In this document: positions 9,803-19,651 of the stretch, one piece after another
How the letters are laid out: the number at the start of each line of letters is the position of its first letter
Numbering within the stretch: position 1 is the stretch's first letter
Notes under the pieces: generated by a model
Database searches by the model: none
Told to the model about the DNA's origin: nothing
The model's input: the letters and a program-made list of their open reading frames with translations, nothing else
Program-made: the position numbers and the translations under genes
Origin: Clostridia bacterium
Lineage (GTDB): Bacteria > Bacillota > Clostridia > UMGS1840
Reading direction: 5' to 3'
NCBI GenBank assembly: GCA_045540295.1
Contig: JAZQGY010000011.1
Span: forward strand, 610-64,609
Length of the DNA stretch: 64,000 bases

Positions 9803-10984
9803 TTACTCCTTTATCACTAAAATTTCATGTAACACATTATCGTAACATAAGGCAACAACCGTATCACCGGTTTCATATTTGCTGTCAGTGATTTCTAAAA
9901 AGTCGGTGAGTTCCACTTTACCGTTTGCTCCATACTCATAAACATGAACGGGATCGTTTACCTCGTATAGCTTTTCTAAGGTTCCGATCAGGGAGGTAAG
10001 TTCCATTCCTTTTTGTTTATAGGTTTCTTTCACCGTTCCCACAACAATGTGTCGTTTGGTATTGTTGCCCACATTGAGGACTTCTATACGGTTTAATAAA
10101 TGCGGAAGATTTTTGACGTTGAAGCCGATGCTGACCTGCCGGATTTCGTCGAAGAGATTTCTGTAATAAGAAATGACATCTCCCGGTTTAATGGTGGTAT
10201 CGTCTACAAGTACACTTCTGGTAATATTTACATCTTCGGAAAGCAGAAGTGTGGTCAGTTTTCCGTTTTGGTAGCCTTCCAGTTTGGTAATCAGTTCACC
10301 GTGTTCATTTGCCACGGTAGACACACGGGATACCACAAAGAAATAGGTATTGGCTTTTAAATCTGCTTCCTCTTCGGTGAGTTCTTCGTCGGTATCTTTG
10401 GGTGCTTCATAGTTCATAGCCCGCTCCAGTACGGCAGCAATTTCAGCACGGGTGATTTCTCTTTCGGGGCCGAAGGAACCGTCGGGATAACCGGTTACCA
10501 AACCGTTTCGAGCTAAGATTTTAACAGCATCTGCATATTCTTCATTTACTTCGTCAAAATCACGGAAAGGGATGGATTTGTCTGTGGGAGTGTTTGTTAA
10601 TTCCAATGCTATGTACAACGCATACGCCACTTCCTGACGGGTAATGTTTTGATTGGGGAAAAATTTTTCCGCTGTGATAAAATATCCGCCACTATAAGAA
10701 ACATAGGGATAAAACCAATCAGTTTTTACCACATCCTGATAGGAAACAGCTTTTTTGTTTCCGAAAATCAAGGTGACCAGCTTAGCAAATTCCCCGCGGG
10801 TGATATTTTGTTCGGGACGAAAAGTCCCGTCGGGATATCCGTTGATGTAGCCTGCTTCAGACAGGTTTTCAATGGCAGATTCCGCCCAGGAGTAATCCTT
10901 GGTAATGTCTGGGAATGCAAATACATTTATTGTCAGCATAGCAACAATCAGGATGATTGGCAACAGTTGTTTCAGTAATTTCAT
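9803..10984 (-). CDS. S-layer homology (SLH) domain surface protein
   Basis: Signal peptide; GYPDGTFRPEQNITRGEFA, FFPNQNITRQEVA, GYPDGSFGPEREITRAEIA; start ATG 10984. Confidence 0.9.
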   Translation of the reverse strand: MKLLKQLLPIILIVAMLTINVFAFPDITKDYSWAESAIENLSEAGYINGYPDGTFRPEQNITRGEFAKLVTLIFGNKKAVSYQDVVKTDWFYPYVSYSGGYFITAEKFFPNQNITRQEVAYALYIALELTNTPTDKSIPFRDFDEVNEEYADAVKILARNGLVTGYPDGSFGPEREITRAEIAAVLERAMNYEAPKDTDEELTEEEADLKANTYFFVVSRVSTVANEHGELITKLEGYQNGKLTTLLLSEDVNITRSVLVDDTTIKPGDVISYYRNLFDEIRQVSIGFNVKNLPHLLNRIEVLNVGNNTKRHIVVGTVKETYKQKGMELTSLIGTLEKLYEVNDPVHVYEYGANGKVELTDFLEITDSKYETGDTVVALCYDNVLHEILVIKE

Positions 10985-11060
10985 AAGGGTTCTTCCTTTC
11001 CGGGTTATTTTGGTAATATAGACGAAGAATTTTGAAAAAAGTTGCAAAATCTTTTTTCTC

Positions 11061-11090
11061 ATTATAACTGAAAAGGGGAGTTTTTGTCAA
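11061..11090 (-). promoter_or_regulatory. SigmaA promoter for SLH gene and glmM
   Basis: Minus strand TTGACA-N18-TATAAT. Confidence 0.65.
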
Positions 11091-11136
11091 TAATAAAACA
11101 ACGGATTAAAAAACCTTGTGAAAAAGGAGCAAAACA

Positions 11137-11829
11137 ATGTGGCTGATGATTGGGAAAACTGCACTGATTTATATTGTGGTGAATATTGCTATGCGCTGCA
11201 TGGGAAAACGGCAAGTGGGAGAGCTTTCTACCTCAGAAGTGATTGTGGCGTTTTTAATTTCAGAAGTGGCATCTGCTCCCATCGGAAATCCGGATGTATC
11301 TTTGTGGCATAACATCGGTGCAATTTTTGTGTTGGTGGCAATGGAATTTATTTACTCTTATCTCAGTATCAAGTGGCCTTTCTTTATGACACTGACCCAA
11401 GGAAGACCAACAGTGATTATTGAAAACGGAACCATCCGGGAAAAAGCTCTTTTAAGAAACCGTTTAACCATTACAGAACTAAACGAGGAACTTCGTTTAA
11501 AAAATATTAACATATCAGATGTATATCTTGCTATTATTGAAAATAACGGACAATTAAGCATCATTCCCACAAACGGAGCATCAGGGGTTACCCGCAGTGA
11601 CCTTGGAATCAAAACGAAAGAATCACCGCAGGATTTCGCAGTGATTATTGACGGAAAAATTCTGGAAGGAAATTTAAAACGGGCAGGGCAGAATCAAAAG
11701 TGGTTGGAAGGATATCTTCGCTCTCAAAAGGTGAAATCGGAAAAAGAGGTTTTAGTCTTGTACGCCGACCAAAACGGAGCTACCTTTTTTCAGAAAAAAA
11801 TGCCTAAAAAAAAGGGTAAAAAAAGTTGA
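11137..11829 (+). CDS. DUF421 / YetF-family membrane protein
   Basis: MGKRQVGELS, GRPTVIIENG, AIIENNGQLSI, VIIDGKI. Confidence 0.9.
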   Translation: MWLMIGKTALIYIVVNIAMRCMGKRQVGELSTSEVIVAFLISEVASAPIGNPDVSLWHNIGAIFVLVAMEFIYSYLSIKWPFFMTLTQGRPTVIIENGTIREKALLRNRLTITELNEELRLKNINISDVYLAIIENNGQLSIIPTNGASGVTRSDLGIKTKESPQDFAVIIDGKILEGNLKRAGQNQKWLEGYLRSQKVKSEKEVLVLYADQNGATFFQKKMPKKKGKKS

Positions 11830-11848
11830 ATCTTGTGTAAAACTTGAA

Positions 11849-11877
11849 TTGACAAAAAGCAAGGGATATGATATAAT
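11849..11877 (+). promoter_or_regulatory. Consensus sigmaA promoter of pflBA
   Basis: TTGACA-N17-TATAAT with TG extension. Confidence 0.8.
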
Positions 11878-11974
11878 TAATCTGACGTAATGATGAGACG
11901 GATTGAAAACCTGTGTTTTAATCCGTTTATCTGTATTCAGTACACTTTGGCAAAGAAGAAAAGAGGGTGTTAAC

Positions 11975-14188
11975 ATGGAATTTAAAAGCGGAATCTGGCA
12001 GGCTGAAATCAATGTCAGAGATTTTATTTTGAATAACTATACTGAATATACAGGTGACGAAAGTTTTTTGGCAGGACCCACCGACCGTACCCGTGAGCTG
12101 TGGCATCAGCTTTCCAAGAAAATGGAAGTGGAGCGGGAACGTGGCGGTGTTTACGATATTGACGAGCATACGATTTCCACCGTATCTTCCCATAAACCCG
12201 GCTATATTGACAAGGACTTGGAGCAGATTGTGGGTGTGCAGACGGACGAGCCTTTAAAAAGAGCCATTATGCCCTTTGGCGGAATCCGTTTGGTGCATAA
12301 TTCCCTGGAAGCCTACGGCAAAAAAATGGACCCTGAGGTTGCCAATATTTTTAAATATCGAAAAACTCATAATGACGGCGTGTTTGATGCTTATACAGAT
12401 GAAATGAAAAAAGCACGTCACACCGGCATTATCACCGGTCTTCCCGATGCATACGGCAGAGGCAGAATTATCGGTGACTACCGTCGTGTGGCACTCTATG
12501 GGGTGGATTTTTTAATTGAGCAGAAAGAAATCGCCAAAAAGAAAATCAATCCCGTGATTATGGATAGCCCTCACATCCGTCTGCGGGAAGAAATTTCCGA
12601 GCAGATTCGTTCTTTAAAGGAATTAAAAGTGATGGCAGAAAGCTACGGCTTTGATATTTCCCGTCCTGCAACCAACGTAAAAGAAGCAATTCAATGGTTG
12701 TATTTCGGATATTTAGGTGCTGTAAAAGAGCAAAACGGTGCGGCGATGTCCTTGGGCAGAGTGTCTACCTTCTTAGACTGCTATGCAGAAAAGGACTTAC
12801 AGGAAGGAACTTTCACCGAAGAAGAAATCCAGGAATTTGTGGATCACTTCATTATGAAACTTCGTATTGTACGCTTCCTTCGTACGCCTGCGTATGACGA
12901 ACTGTTCTCCGGTGACCCTACCTGGATTACTGAGGCAATCGGCGGTATGGCAGAAAACGGCAAGAGCTTAGTTTCCAAAATGTCTTACAGATTCTTGCAT
13001 ACCCTGACCAATTTAGGCCCTGCTCCCGAACCTAATATGACGGTTCTTTGGAGTGAAAATCTACCGGAAGCTTTTAAACAGTACTGTGCAAAAGTTTCCA
13101 TTTCAACTTCTTCTATCCAGTATGAAAATGATGACTTAATGAGAGAATGCTTCGGCGATGACTACGGAATTGCCTGCTGTGTATCCGCTATGAAAATCGG
13201 TAAACAGATGCAGTTTTTCGGTGCCCGAGCAAACTTAGCAAAAGCGCTGCTTTATGCCATCAATAACGGAATGGACGAAAAGTATGCAGAGCAGGTTGGA
13301 CCCCGGGTTGGTGCGCTCACCGGCGAATATTTAGATTACGATGAAGTGTTGGAAAAATTTGATAAAATTTCCGACTGGTTGGCAGAGCTTTATATCAACA
13401 CCTTAAATATTATTCACTATATGCACGACAAGTACTGCTACGAAAAGCTGGAAATGGCATTGCATGATGAACATATTGTGAGAACTTCCGCTTGCGGTAT
13501 GGCAGGGTTATCTGTTGTGGCAGACAGCTTGTCTGCAATCCGCTATGCAAAAGTAAAACCCATCCGTGACGAAAACGGTATTGCAGTGGACTTTGAAATT
13601 GAGGGTGACTATCCCAAATACGGCAATAATGATCCCAAGGCAGATGAAATTGCTGTTGCTGTGGTGGAAAACTTTATGAAGAAACTGGCAGGACACACCA
13701 CTTACCGTGATTCCAAGCCTACTATGTCTATCTTAACCATTACCTCCAACGTGGTATACGGCAAGAAGACCGGTTCCACTCCGGACGGCAGAAAAGGCGG
13801 AGAACCGTTTGCACCCGGTGCAAATCCCATGCACGGCAGAGATTCCAAGGGTTGTATCGCTTCCATGAAATCGGTGGCAAAACTGCCTTACGAGTATTCG
13901 GAGGACGGTATTTCTTACACCTTCTCTATTATCCCCTCTGCATTGGGTAAAACCGAAGAAGAAAAAGTAGATAATCTGGTTTCCTTGCTGGACGGTTATT
14001 TTGGGGATACCGGGCATCACATCAACGTGAATGTTATCAATAAGGATGTTCTCTTGGATGCTATGGACCATCCCGAAAAATATCCTCAGCTGACCATCCG
14101 TGTATCCGGTTATGCCGTAAACTTCATTAAGCTGACCCGAGAACAGCAATTGGATGTTATTAACAGAACATTCCATACCCGTTTTTAA
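11975..14188 (+). CDS. pflB: Pyruvate formate-lyase
   Basis: [23 protein letters not shown] active-site cysteines, glycyl-radical loop [10 protein letters not shown]; start ATG 11975. Confidence 0.97.
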   Translation: MEFKSGIWQAEINVRDFILNNYTEYTGDESFLAGPTDRTRELWHQLSKKMEVERERGGVYDIDEHTISTVSSHKPGYIDKDLEQIVGVQTDEPLKRAIMPFGGIRLVHNSLEAYGKKMDPEVANIFKYRKTHNDGVFDAYTDEMKKARHTGIITGLPDAYGRGRIIGDYRRVALYGVDFLIEQKEIAKKKINPVIMDSPHIRLREEISEQIRSLKELKVMAESYGFDISRPATNVKEAIQWLYFGYLGAVKEQNGAAMSLGRVSTFLDCYAEKDLQEGTFTEEEIQEFVDHFIMKLRIVRFLRTPAYDELFSGDPTWITEAIGGMAENGKSLVSKMSYRFLHTLTNLGPAPEPNMTVLWSENLPEAFKQYCAKVSISTSSIQYENDDLMRECFGDDYGIACCVSAMKIGKQMQFFGARANLAKALLYAINNGMDEKYAEQVGPRVGALTGEYLDYDEVLEKFDKISDWLAELYINTLNIIHYMHDKYCYEKLEMALHDEHIVRTSACGMAGLSVVADSLSAIRYAKVKPIRDENGIAVDFEIEGDYPKYGNNDPKADEIAVAVVENFMKKLAGHTTYRDSKPTMSILTITSNVVYGKKTGSTPDGRKGGEPFAPGANPMHGRDSKGCIASMKSVAKLPYEYSEDGISYTFSIIPSALGKTEEEKVDNLVSLLDGYFGDTGHHINVNVINKDVLLDAMDHPEKYPQLTIRVSGYAVNFIKLTREQQLDVINRTFHTRF

Positions 14189-14237
14189 TATCAGTTGCAA
14201 AAAGAAACTTCTAAAATAAGCTGAAAGGTAACAAGCT

Positions 14238-14942
14238 ATGGAAGGATTTATTCATTCGGTAGAAACCTTTGGTGCTGTGGACGGCCCCGGACTTCGCTAT
14301 GTGGTGTTTATGCAGGGATGTCCGCTTCGGTGCCTGTTTTGCCATAATCCTGATTCCTGGAAGATGCAGGAAGGTACCAAAAAAACGGATACTGAACTGA
14401 TTTCCGACATTTTAGAGTACAAGAACTTCATCAAGCGGGGAGGCGTCACTTTTTCGGGGGGCGAGCCTTTGGTGCAACCTATGTTTTTAAGGTCCATGCT
14501 TCGCCAGTGCAGAAAACACGGATTGCATACTGCCATTGATACTGCAGGCTCTGTGCCTACCGAGCTATCGGGTCCCGCCATCTGTGAGGCAGATTTAATC
14601 CTTTTGGATATTAAAACGCTGGATGAGGAGCTTTATCCCGAACTGACAGGGCATACCATCCATAATAATCTTGCCACCTTGCAGTATTGCGAGGATATCG
14701 GAAAACCCGTTTGGATTCGTCACGTTCTGGTGCCGGGCTACACCCTGGTAAAAGAACGCATGGAAAAACTGGCAGCCTACCTAAAAAGATTTTCTTGCAT
14801 CAAACGGATTGATTTGTTGCCTTTTCATAAGCTTGGAGAATATAAATGGGAAGAGCTTGGAATCCCTTACAAATTATATGATACACCTGTTCCCACCGAG
14901 GAAGAAATGGCAATGGCAAAAGAAATTTTTGGTTTGCAATAA
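14238..14942 (+). CDS. pflA: PFL-activating enzyme (radical SAM)
   Basis: ETFGAVDGPG, CPLRCLFCHNPD, GGVTFSGGEP; adjacent to pflB. Confidence 0.96.
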   Translation: MEGFIHSVETFGAVDGPGLRYVVFMQGCPLRCLFCHNPDSWKMQEGTKKTDTELISDILEYKNFIKRGGVTFSGGEPLVQPMFLRSMLRQCRKHGLHTAIDTAGSVPTELSGPAICEADLILLDIKTLDEELYPELTGHTIHNNLATLQYCEDIGKPVWIRHVLVPGYTLVKERMEKLAAYLKRFSCIKRIDLLPFHKLGEYKWEELGIPYKLYDTPVPTEEEMAMAKEIFGLQ

Positions 14943-14969
14943 AGAAATCGTTTGTTGGAGGTGTTTTTG

Positions 14970-15407
14970 ATGAGGAAATATTTAGCTTTCATTATGGTGT
15001 TTATCTGTCTTGTAGGATTGGTTGGATGCAATTCTTCCAAAACTGCGGAAACTTTTAAAAGTACTGATGACAAGCTTGACGAAAATTCCTCCGCTGAGGC
15101 GCTTCTGCCAGAAATTACATTGGAGAACGCAATTGGCGAGACAGCAACTTTGTCTGAAGAAGATGCCAACATCGTTTTGAAAATATTGGAAAACGGTGAG
15201 TGGTATGGAGAACCCACAGAATGTGCTTCGGATTGCCGGCTTATGATTGGAGAAAACTATTTATCTTATCATTCCGAGTGTGGTAGCTTTAGCGGTACAT
15301 TTAAGGGAGAAACCATTTCTCATCGAGGCAGTTTAACCATTGATGATGAAACTCAACAACTGGTGAACAGCATCTTTGAAAAATATGTTGCACTGGGAAA
15401 ATATTAG
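14970..15407 (+). CDS. Hypothetical lipoprotein
   Basis: GGAGG RBS, lipobox LVGC; three further cysteines; family not recognised. Confidence 0.7.
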   Translation: MRKYLAFIMVFICLVGLVGCNSSKTAETFKSTDDKLDENSSAEALLPEITLENAIGETATLSEEDANIVLKILENGEWYGEPTECASDCRLMIGENYLSYHSECGSFSGTFKGETISHRGSLTIDDETQQLVNSIFEKYVALGKY

Positions 15408-15454
15408 TTGGAATAAATACGGTTGTTTTTCAGCAATATATTATAACAAGAGGT

Positions 15455-15483
15455 AAAAAAGGAGTGGAAACACTCCTTTTTTT
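15455..15483 (+). terminator. Intrinsic terminator
   Basis: AAAAGGAGTG-gaaa-CACTCCTTTT plus T-run. Confidence 0.85.
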
Positions 15484-15528
15484 GTATTCTTTTTTAAAAA
15501 ATGGGAAGAATCCATTTGAGGTGATTGT

Positions 15529-15966
15529 ATGCTGGGACTTCTTATGAGTATCATAGCAGGTGCAGCGATGAGTATTCAAGGGGTATGGAATACCAGACTC
15601 TCTGAAAAAGTGGGACTGTTTGAATCCAACATGTTTGTGCAGGGAACGGCATTTTTACTGGGGCTTCTTATCATGTTTTTCTTTGGGAAAGGCAATCTCA
15701 AAGAATTGGGAAATACCCCGAAACTATACTGGTTAGGCGGCGTTTTAGGAATTGTGATAACCGTAACGGTGATGCTTTCCATTAAAGATTTAAGTCCAAC
15801 CTATGCGATTTCCGTTATTTTGATTTCTCAGCTTCTGGTGGCGGCGTTGATTGATGCCTTCGGATGGTTTGGCAGTGAGCAGGTCCCGTTTTTATGGAAT
15901 AAATATGTGGGACTTCTTCTGATGATTGGCGGCGTCATTTTGTTTCAATGGCAAAAGGGAACATAA
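15529..15966 (+). CDS. DMT family inner-membrane protein (YdcZ/DUF606-like)
   Basis: AGAAMSIQGVWN, WLGGVLG, SQLLVAALIDAFGWFG. Confidence 0.85.
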   Translation: MLGLLMSIIAGAAMSIQGVWNTRLSEKVGLFESNMFVQGTAFLLGLLIMFFFGKGNLKELGNTPKLYWLGGVLGIVITVTVMLSIKDLSPTYAISVILISQLLVAALIDAFGWFGSEQVPFLWNKYVGLLLMIGGVILFQWQKGT

Positions 15967-15972
15967 AATGTT

Positions 15973-16010
15973 AAAAAACAGTCGGATTTTTTTTAAGATC
16001 CGGCTGTTTT
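15973..16010 (+). terminator. Intrinsic terminator
   Basis: AAAACAGTCGGAT..ATCCGGCTGTTTT hairpin. Confidence 0.7.
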
Positions 16011-16088
16011 CTTGATTTTACTGTTTTTTTTGATACAATGGGTACGTAACAATTTGTTGTATGAGGGGGAGAGCACAAGGAGACTTTT

Positions 16089-17285
16089 ATGAGAACAGAC
16101 TCTTTTTCCAAAGATAAACACCTTCCCGTAAGGCGTTTTATTGCGGATGAATCCAAGATGGCAACAGGACTGTACGGTCCTTGTGCCATTGCGGATGATT
16201 TGGATAATATTTTTAATATGTTTGATCCTGATGCTACCTTTTTAGACGGTAATGAACAAGGTGGCATCAGCGAAAAGAATTTGCAAAACGGAGCCGTATC
16301 CTACGATAAACTGGCAGAAGAAGTAAAGGAGAAATTTCAGGAGATTGCTACAGAACAACAACTGGATTCTCTTCGCACAGAACTTCTTGAAAAAGCAGAT
16401 ATCAAAGCAGACAAGGCTACCTCTTTATCGGGTTACGGTATTACTGACGCCTACACAAAAGACGAAACCGACGGTTTTTTTGGAGAGGTTCACACAGCCA
16501 TTTCCCAAAAAACGGAAGAGACGGTACTTTATGAAGAAACGGTCAATACTCCCATCTGGACAAATCAGCCAACCTATGCAGGAGTATTGGATTTGGACAC
16601 GTCAGACTACTATTACGTCACTCTAAAAGACACGGACGGAACTGCATTGCCTGCCGGTCAATTTAAACTGATGCCACTATATGGTAAGTATGCAGAAGCA
16701 TATGAAACAGTTTTCACGCTTGCAGATTTAAAAACAGGAAACAGCGGAACGCTTGCCGAAAACCTTCCTGTGGAATTTACAACTGATTATAAGATGCGAA
16801 CTGCCGGTGTCAGCACGGTTAGCATACCACTGAATTTACCAATGGAAAGTCATCTTGGAAAGCTGACAATCTTCACAACCGGACAGTTTATCAAAACATT
16901 AAAGGATGGATATTTTACATCATTATTTCGAACCGGTACTGCCGTGGCACATTATAACTCGGGTAGTGCTACAACCTCAAATTCGGGCAGTGATACTACG
17001 ATTTGGCATTTTTTGAATAATCAAGGAGACGATTACAAAATCGGGAAATTTATGGATGTGTTTACCATTCAAATGAATGGAGACAAGTCTTTTATTTCAG
17101 ATCGAAATTCGTTTTTGAGATATCAAGGGTATGAATCAACCGCATGCAAGCATATCGCAAATCACTCTGCCGGTTTTGGTTTTATACTGTCCGAGAATAC
17201 CGAGATTAGTCATGCATTAGTCTATGCGGTTAAGAGTGGTTATATCCGTAACGGAACCGTGATTCGTGTAACGGAGGTGAAATAG
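16089..17285 (+). CDS. Phage tail-fibre-like hypothetical protein
   Basis: KADKATSLSGYGITDAYTK tail-fibre-type repeat, NGAVSYDKLA motif, beta-rich C-terminus; no signal peptide. Confidence 0.6.
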   Translation: MRTDSFSKDKHLPVRRFIADESKMATGLYGPCAIADDLDNIFNMFDPDATFLDGNEQGGISEKNLQNGAVSYDKLAEEVKEKFQEIATEQQLDSLRTELLEKADIKADKATSLSGYGITDAYTKDETDGFFGEVHTAISQKTEETVLYEETVNTPIWTNQPTYAGVLDLDTSDYYYVTLKDTDGTALPAGQFKLMPLYGKYAEAYETVFTLADLKTGNSGTLAENLPVEFTTDYKMRTAGVSTVSIPLNLPMESHLGKLTIFTTGQFIKTLKDGYFTSLFRTGTAVAHYNSGSATTSNSGSDTTIWHFLNNQGDDYKIGKFMDVFTIQMNGDKSFISDRNSFLRYQGYESTACKHIANHSAGFGFILSENTEISHALVYAVKSGYIRNGTVIRVTEVK

Positions 17286-17286
17286 G

Positions 17287-17511
17287 ATGCTTGTTTTAAA
17301 AGATGGTCAATACATCGTGGCAGAAGCGGAAGAAGGGAATCTTTCCAAAGTTGAAATTCCTTATGAAGAAAAGGTAGTTTCTTTCATTCGTGAGAAATAC
17401 TCCCTGGATGAAGAACTGGCAATCCAGCGCCAAAGAGACACCAAGCCTACGGAATTTCAAGAATATTTCACCTATTGCGAAACTTGCAAGGAAAAAGCAA
17501 AACAAGACTAA
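17287..17511 (+). CDS. Small phage-type protein, possible tail-fibre partner or chaperone
   Basis: Starts 1 nt after upstream stop with GGAGG RBS; IREKYSLDEELAIQRQRDTKP..YCETCK. Confidence 0.6.
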   Translation: MLVLKDGQYIVAEAEEGNLSKVEIPYEEKVVSFIREKYSLDEELAIQRQRDTKPTEFQEYFTYCETCKEKAKQD

Positions 17512-17549
17512 AAAAAGGGCATTGGCACAATTTGTGCCAATGCCTTTTT
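17511..17549. terminator. Bidirectional terminator
   Basis: GGCATTGGCACAA / TTGTGCCAATGCC perfect stem with A/T flanks between convergent genes. Confidence 0.85.
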
Positions 17550-17551
17550 CA

Positions 17552-18613
17552 TTATTGGTAGAGCAAGGGTTTAATTTGTTGGGAATCAATGTTGGTATGG
17601 TCATACCATTTGGAACCGGTATCCACATCTTCTACATTGGTTTCACCGTTGATGGCACGAACTGCCAGTTCCACCGCACGATATCCGATGGAAACGGGGT
17701 CCTGGGTGACAGAGCCTAAGAATTTTTTGTTGCGGATAGCGTCAATCTGCAGAGCGCCGGAGTCAAATCCCACGGCGATAACTTTATCAGGCCCGATTCT
17801 GCCACCGGAAATAGCAGCATCTGCATTGATGATTGCTTTGGCGGCAAATTCGTTGGAGCCGTAAATGGCAATCAGGTCATTTTTGTTTAGGAGTGTTTGT
17901 GCAGAGGTTTGTCCCTGGGTGTCATTAATTTCGGCAGGGATTGCCACATCAATTGTCACTTTTCCTCCGGTAACACCGTTGGCAAATTTGGTGTGTCCGA
18001 TAACAGCAACCGAGCCTTTTTGGAAGCCGTCTGCCGATTCAATCAGATTTACCATTTTATCTAAGAATCCTTGGGTTCTCATACTGATGGACTGAGAATT
18101 TGCTTCCTGGGAAACCACGCCGATGCGGGGATTTCCTTCGGTGAGTTTTCCTTTGATGGCATCATACATTTTTTGCGCCGCCAGCTCACCTGCTTTATAG
18201 TTGTCGGTAGAAGCATTGGCAAAAATGGTGCCTTCAGGGGCTCCTGGAACCCCGGAGTCAAAGCCGATGACAGGGATATTGTTGGCTTTAGCTTTGTTTA
18301 CGGCATCTAAGGAAGCTGTGGTATCCAAAGCTGCAATACAGATTGCTGCAGGCTTTTTGTTGATGGCATTATTGATCATTTCCACCTGAGCAGCAATGGC
18401 TCCTTCTCCTTCGGGACCTACAAAGTTGATTTTTACTCCCAGCTCCTGACCTGCTTTTTCAGCCCCTTGTTTGACTGCTTTCCAGAAGTCGTGCTGGAAG
18501 CCTTTTGCAATCAGCTCTACTGTGTTTTCGGAATTGTTCCCTCCGCAACCTGTTAACATAACAGGAAGTACGAGGATTGCTGTGAATACGGCAAGTAGTT
18601 TTTTCAAATTCAT
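17552..18613 (-). CDS. Monosaccharide ABC transporter substrate-binding lipoprotein (RbsB-like)
   Basis: Lipobox LTGC; KGFQHDFWKAVKQGA, IGFDSG, STDNYKAG, VTQDPVSIGY. Confidence 0.9.
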   Translation of the reverse strand: MNLKKLLAVFTAILVLPVMLTGCGGNNSENTVELIAKGFQHDFWKAVKQGAEKAGQELGVKINFVGPEGEGAIAAQVEMINNAINKKPAAICIAALDTTASLDAVNKAKANNIPVIGFDSGVPGAPEGTIFANASTDNYKAGELAAQKMYDAIKGKLTEGNPRIGVVSQEANSQSISMRTQGFLDKMVNLIESADGFQKGSVAVIGHTKFANGVTGGKVTIDVAIPAEINDTQGQTSAQTLLNKNDLIAIYGSNEFAAKAIINADAAISGGRIGPDKVIAVGFDSGALQIDAIRNKKFLGSVTQDPVSIGYRAVELAVRAINGETNVEDVDTGSKWYDHTNIDSQQIKPLLYQ

Positions 18614-18630
18614 GTTTGTAACAACCTTTC

Positions 18631-19617
18631 TTATGATTTTATGGTAACCCTTTTTTCACGGTTACTGCGGTAAATATCCAACAGTACGGCACCAATTACC
18701 ACAATACCGGTAATCAATGTCTGATAATGCGGCTGTAAATCCACATAAGGCAAACCAATTTTTAACACACTCATAATGAATACCCCGATGAAGGTACCGA
18801 TAATAGAGCCAACCCCACCGGACAAAGAGGTTCCGCCGACTACCACACCGGCAATTGCCTGTAGCTCAAAGCCTTGGCCAGCCCCGGGAAGAATGGTAGT
18901 ATAGGTCGCAGCGTAGGCAATCCCTGCAAGGCCTGCAAATAAGCCTGAAATCACATAGACCACTGTTTCCCATCTCTTTACATTCACCCCGGAAAGACGG
19001 GCTGCTTCTTTGTTGCTTCCGATGGCAAAGGTATAGCGCCCGATGACGGTTTTATTGAGCACAATCACTGCTAACACCGTGAAGGCAACCAGCACTAAAA
19101 AGCCTGTGGGAAAGTTGTCTGCGGTGCGAAAAATATCTTTGTACCAGCCTTCAGGGGAAGACCTCATCGGGAAGGTGGTGGATTGCACATTGGACACAAT
19201 GGAACCCACCCCGGAGGATACCATCATAGTACCCAGTGTGGCAATAAAAGGCGGAAGCTTTAGACGGGATACCATAATGCCGTTTGCCAGTCCGAACAGA
19301 CCGCCAACCGCCACTGTAATGAGCAGACAAATCCACAATGGGATTCCCATATTGTTGTGGAGTGTCCCGCCCACAATGGCAGAACACATCATTACTGTAC
19401 CAATTGACAAATCAATTCCTCCGGTAATGATAACGAATGTTACGCCGATTGCCAAAAAACCGATGTAATAGGAAGCGTCAAAAATACTGACTAAGGTGTC
19501 TGTGGTGAAAAAGTTGGTGCCAAATACGGAGAAAAAAGTATATAGCACAATGAGAGCACCCAGGGCAATAAATTTCTGCATTCCTTTTGTTTTGATGTTT
19601 TCTATCAACTGATTCAT
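18631..19617 (-). CDS. Monosaccharide ABC transporter permease (RbsC-like)
   Basis: GGIDLSIG, PPFIATLG, IGSNKEAARLSG, ELQAIAGVVVGGTSLSGG; start ATG 19617. Confidence 0.92.
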   Translation of the reverse strand: MNQLIENIKTKGMQKFIALGALIVLYTFFSVFGTNFFTTDTLVSIFDASYYIGFLAIGVTFVIITGGIDLSIGTVMMCSAIVGGTLHNNMGIPLWICLLITVAVGGLFGLANGIMVSRLKLPPFIATLGTMMVSSGVGSIVSNVQSTTFPMRSSPEGWYKDIFRTADNFPTGFLVLVAFTVLAVIVLNKTVIGRYTFAIGSNKEAARLSGVNVKRWETVVYVISGLFAGLAGIAYAATYTTILPGAGQGFELQAIAGVVVGGTSLSGGVGSIIGTFIGVFIMSVLKIGLPYVDLQPHYQTLITGIVVIGAVLLDIYRSNREKRVTIKS

Positions 19618-19651
19618 AAGGAACTCCTTTCCGTTTTTTTGAAAGACTGTT

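Noticed and set aside
11878..11974. ZMP/ZTP (pfl) riboswitch
   Set aside because: Conserved aptamer motifs not seen; only a simple AU-rich hairpin
15484..15512. SigmaF-like promoter before the DMT gene
   Set aside because: GTATT-N14-GGGAAGAAT is a partial match with no supporting context
14970..17549. Prophage or integrative element
   Set aside because: No integrase, att repeats, capsid, terminase or lysis genes
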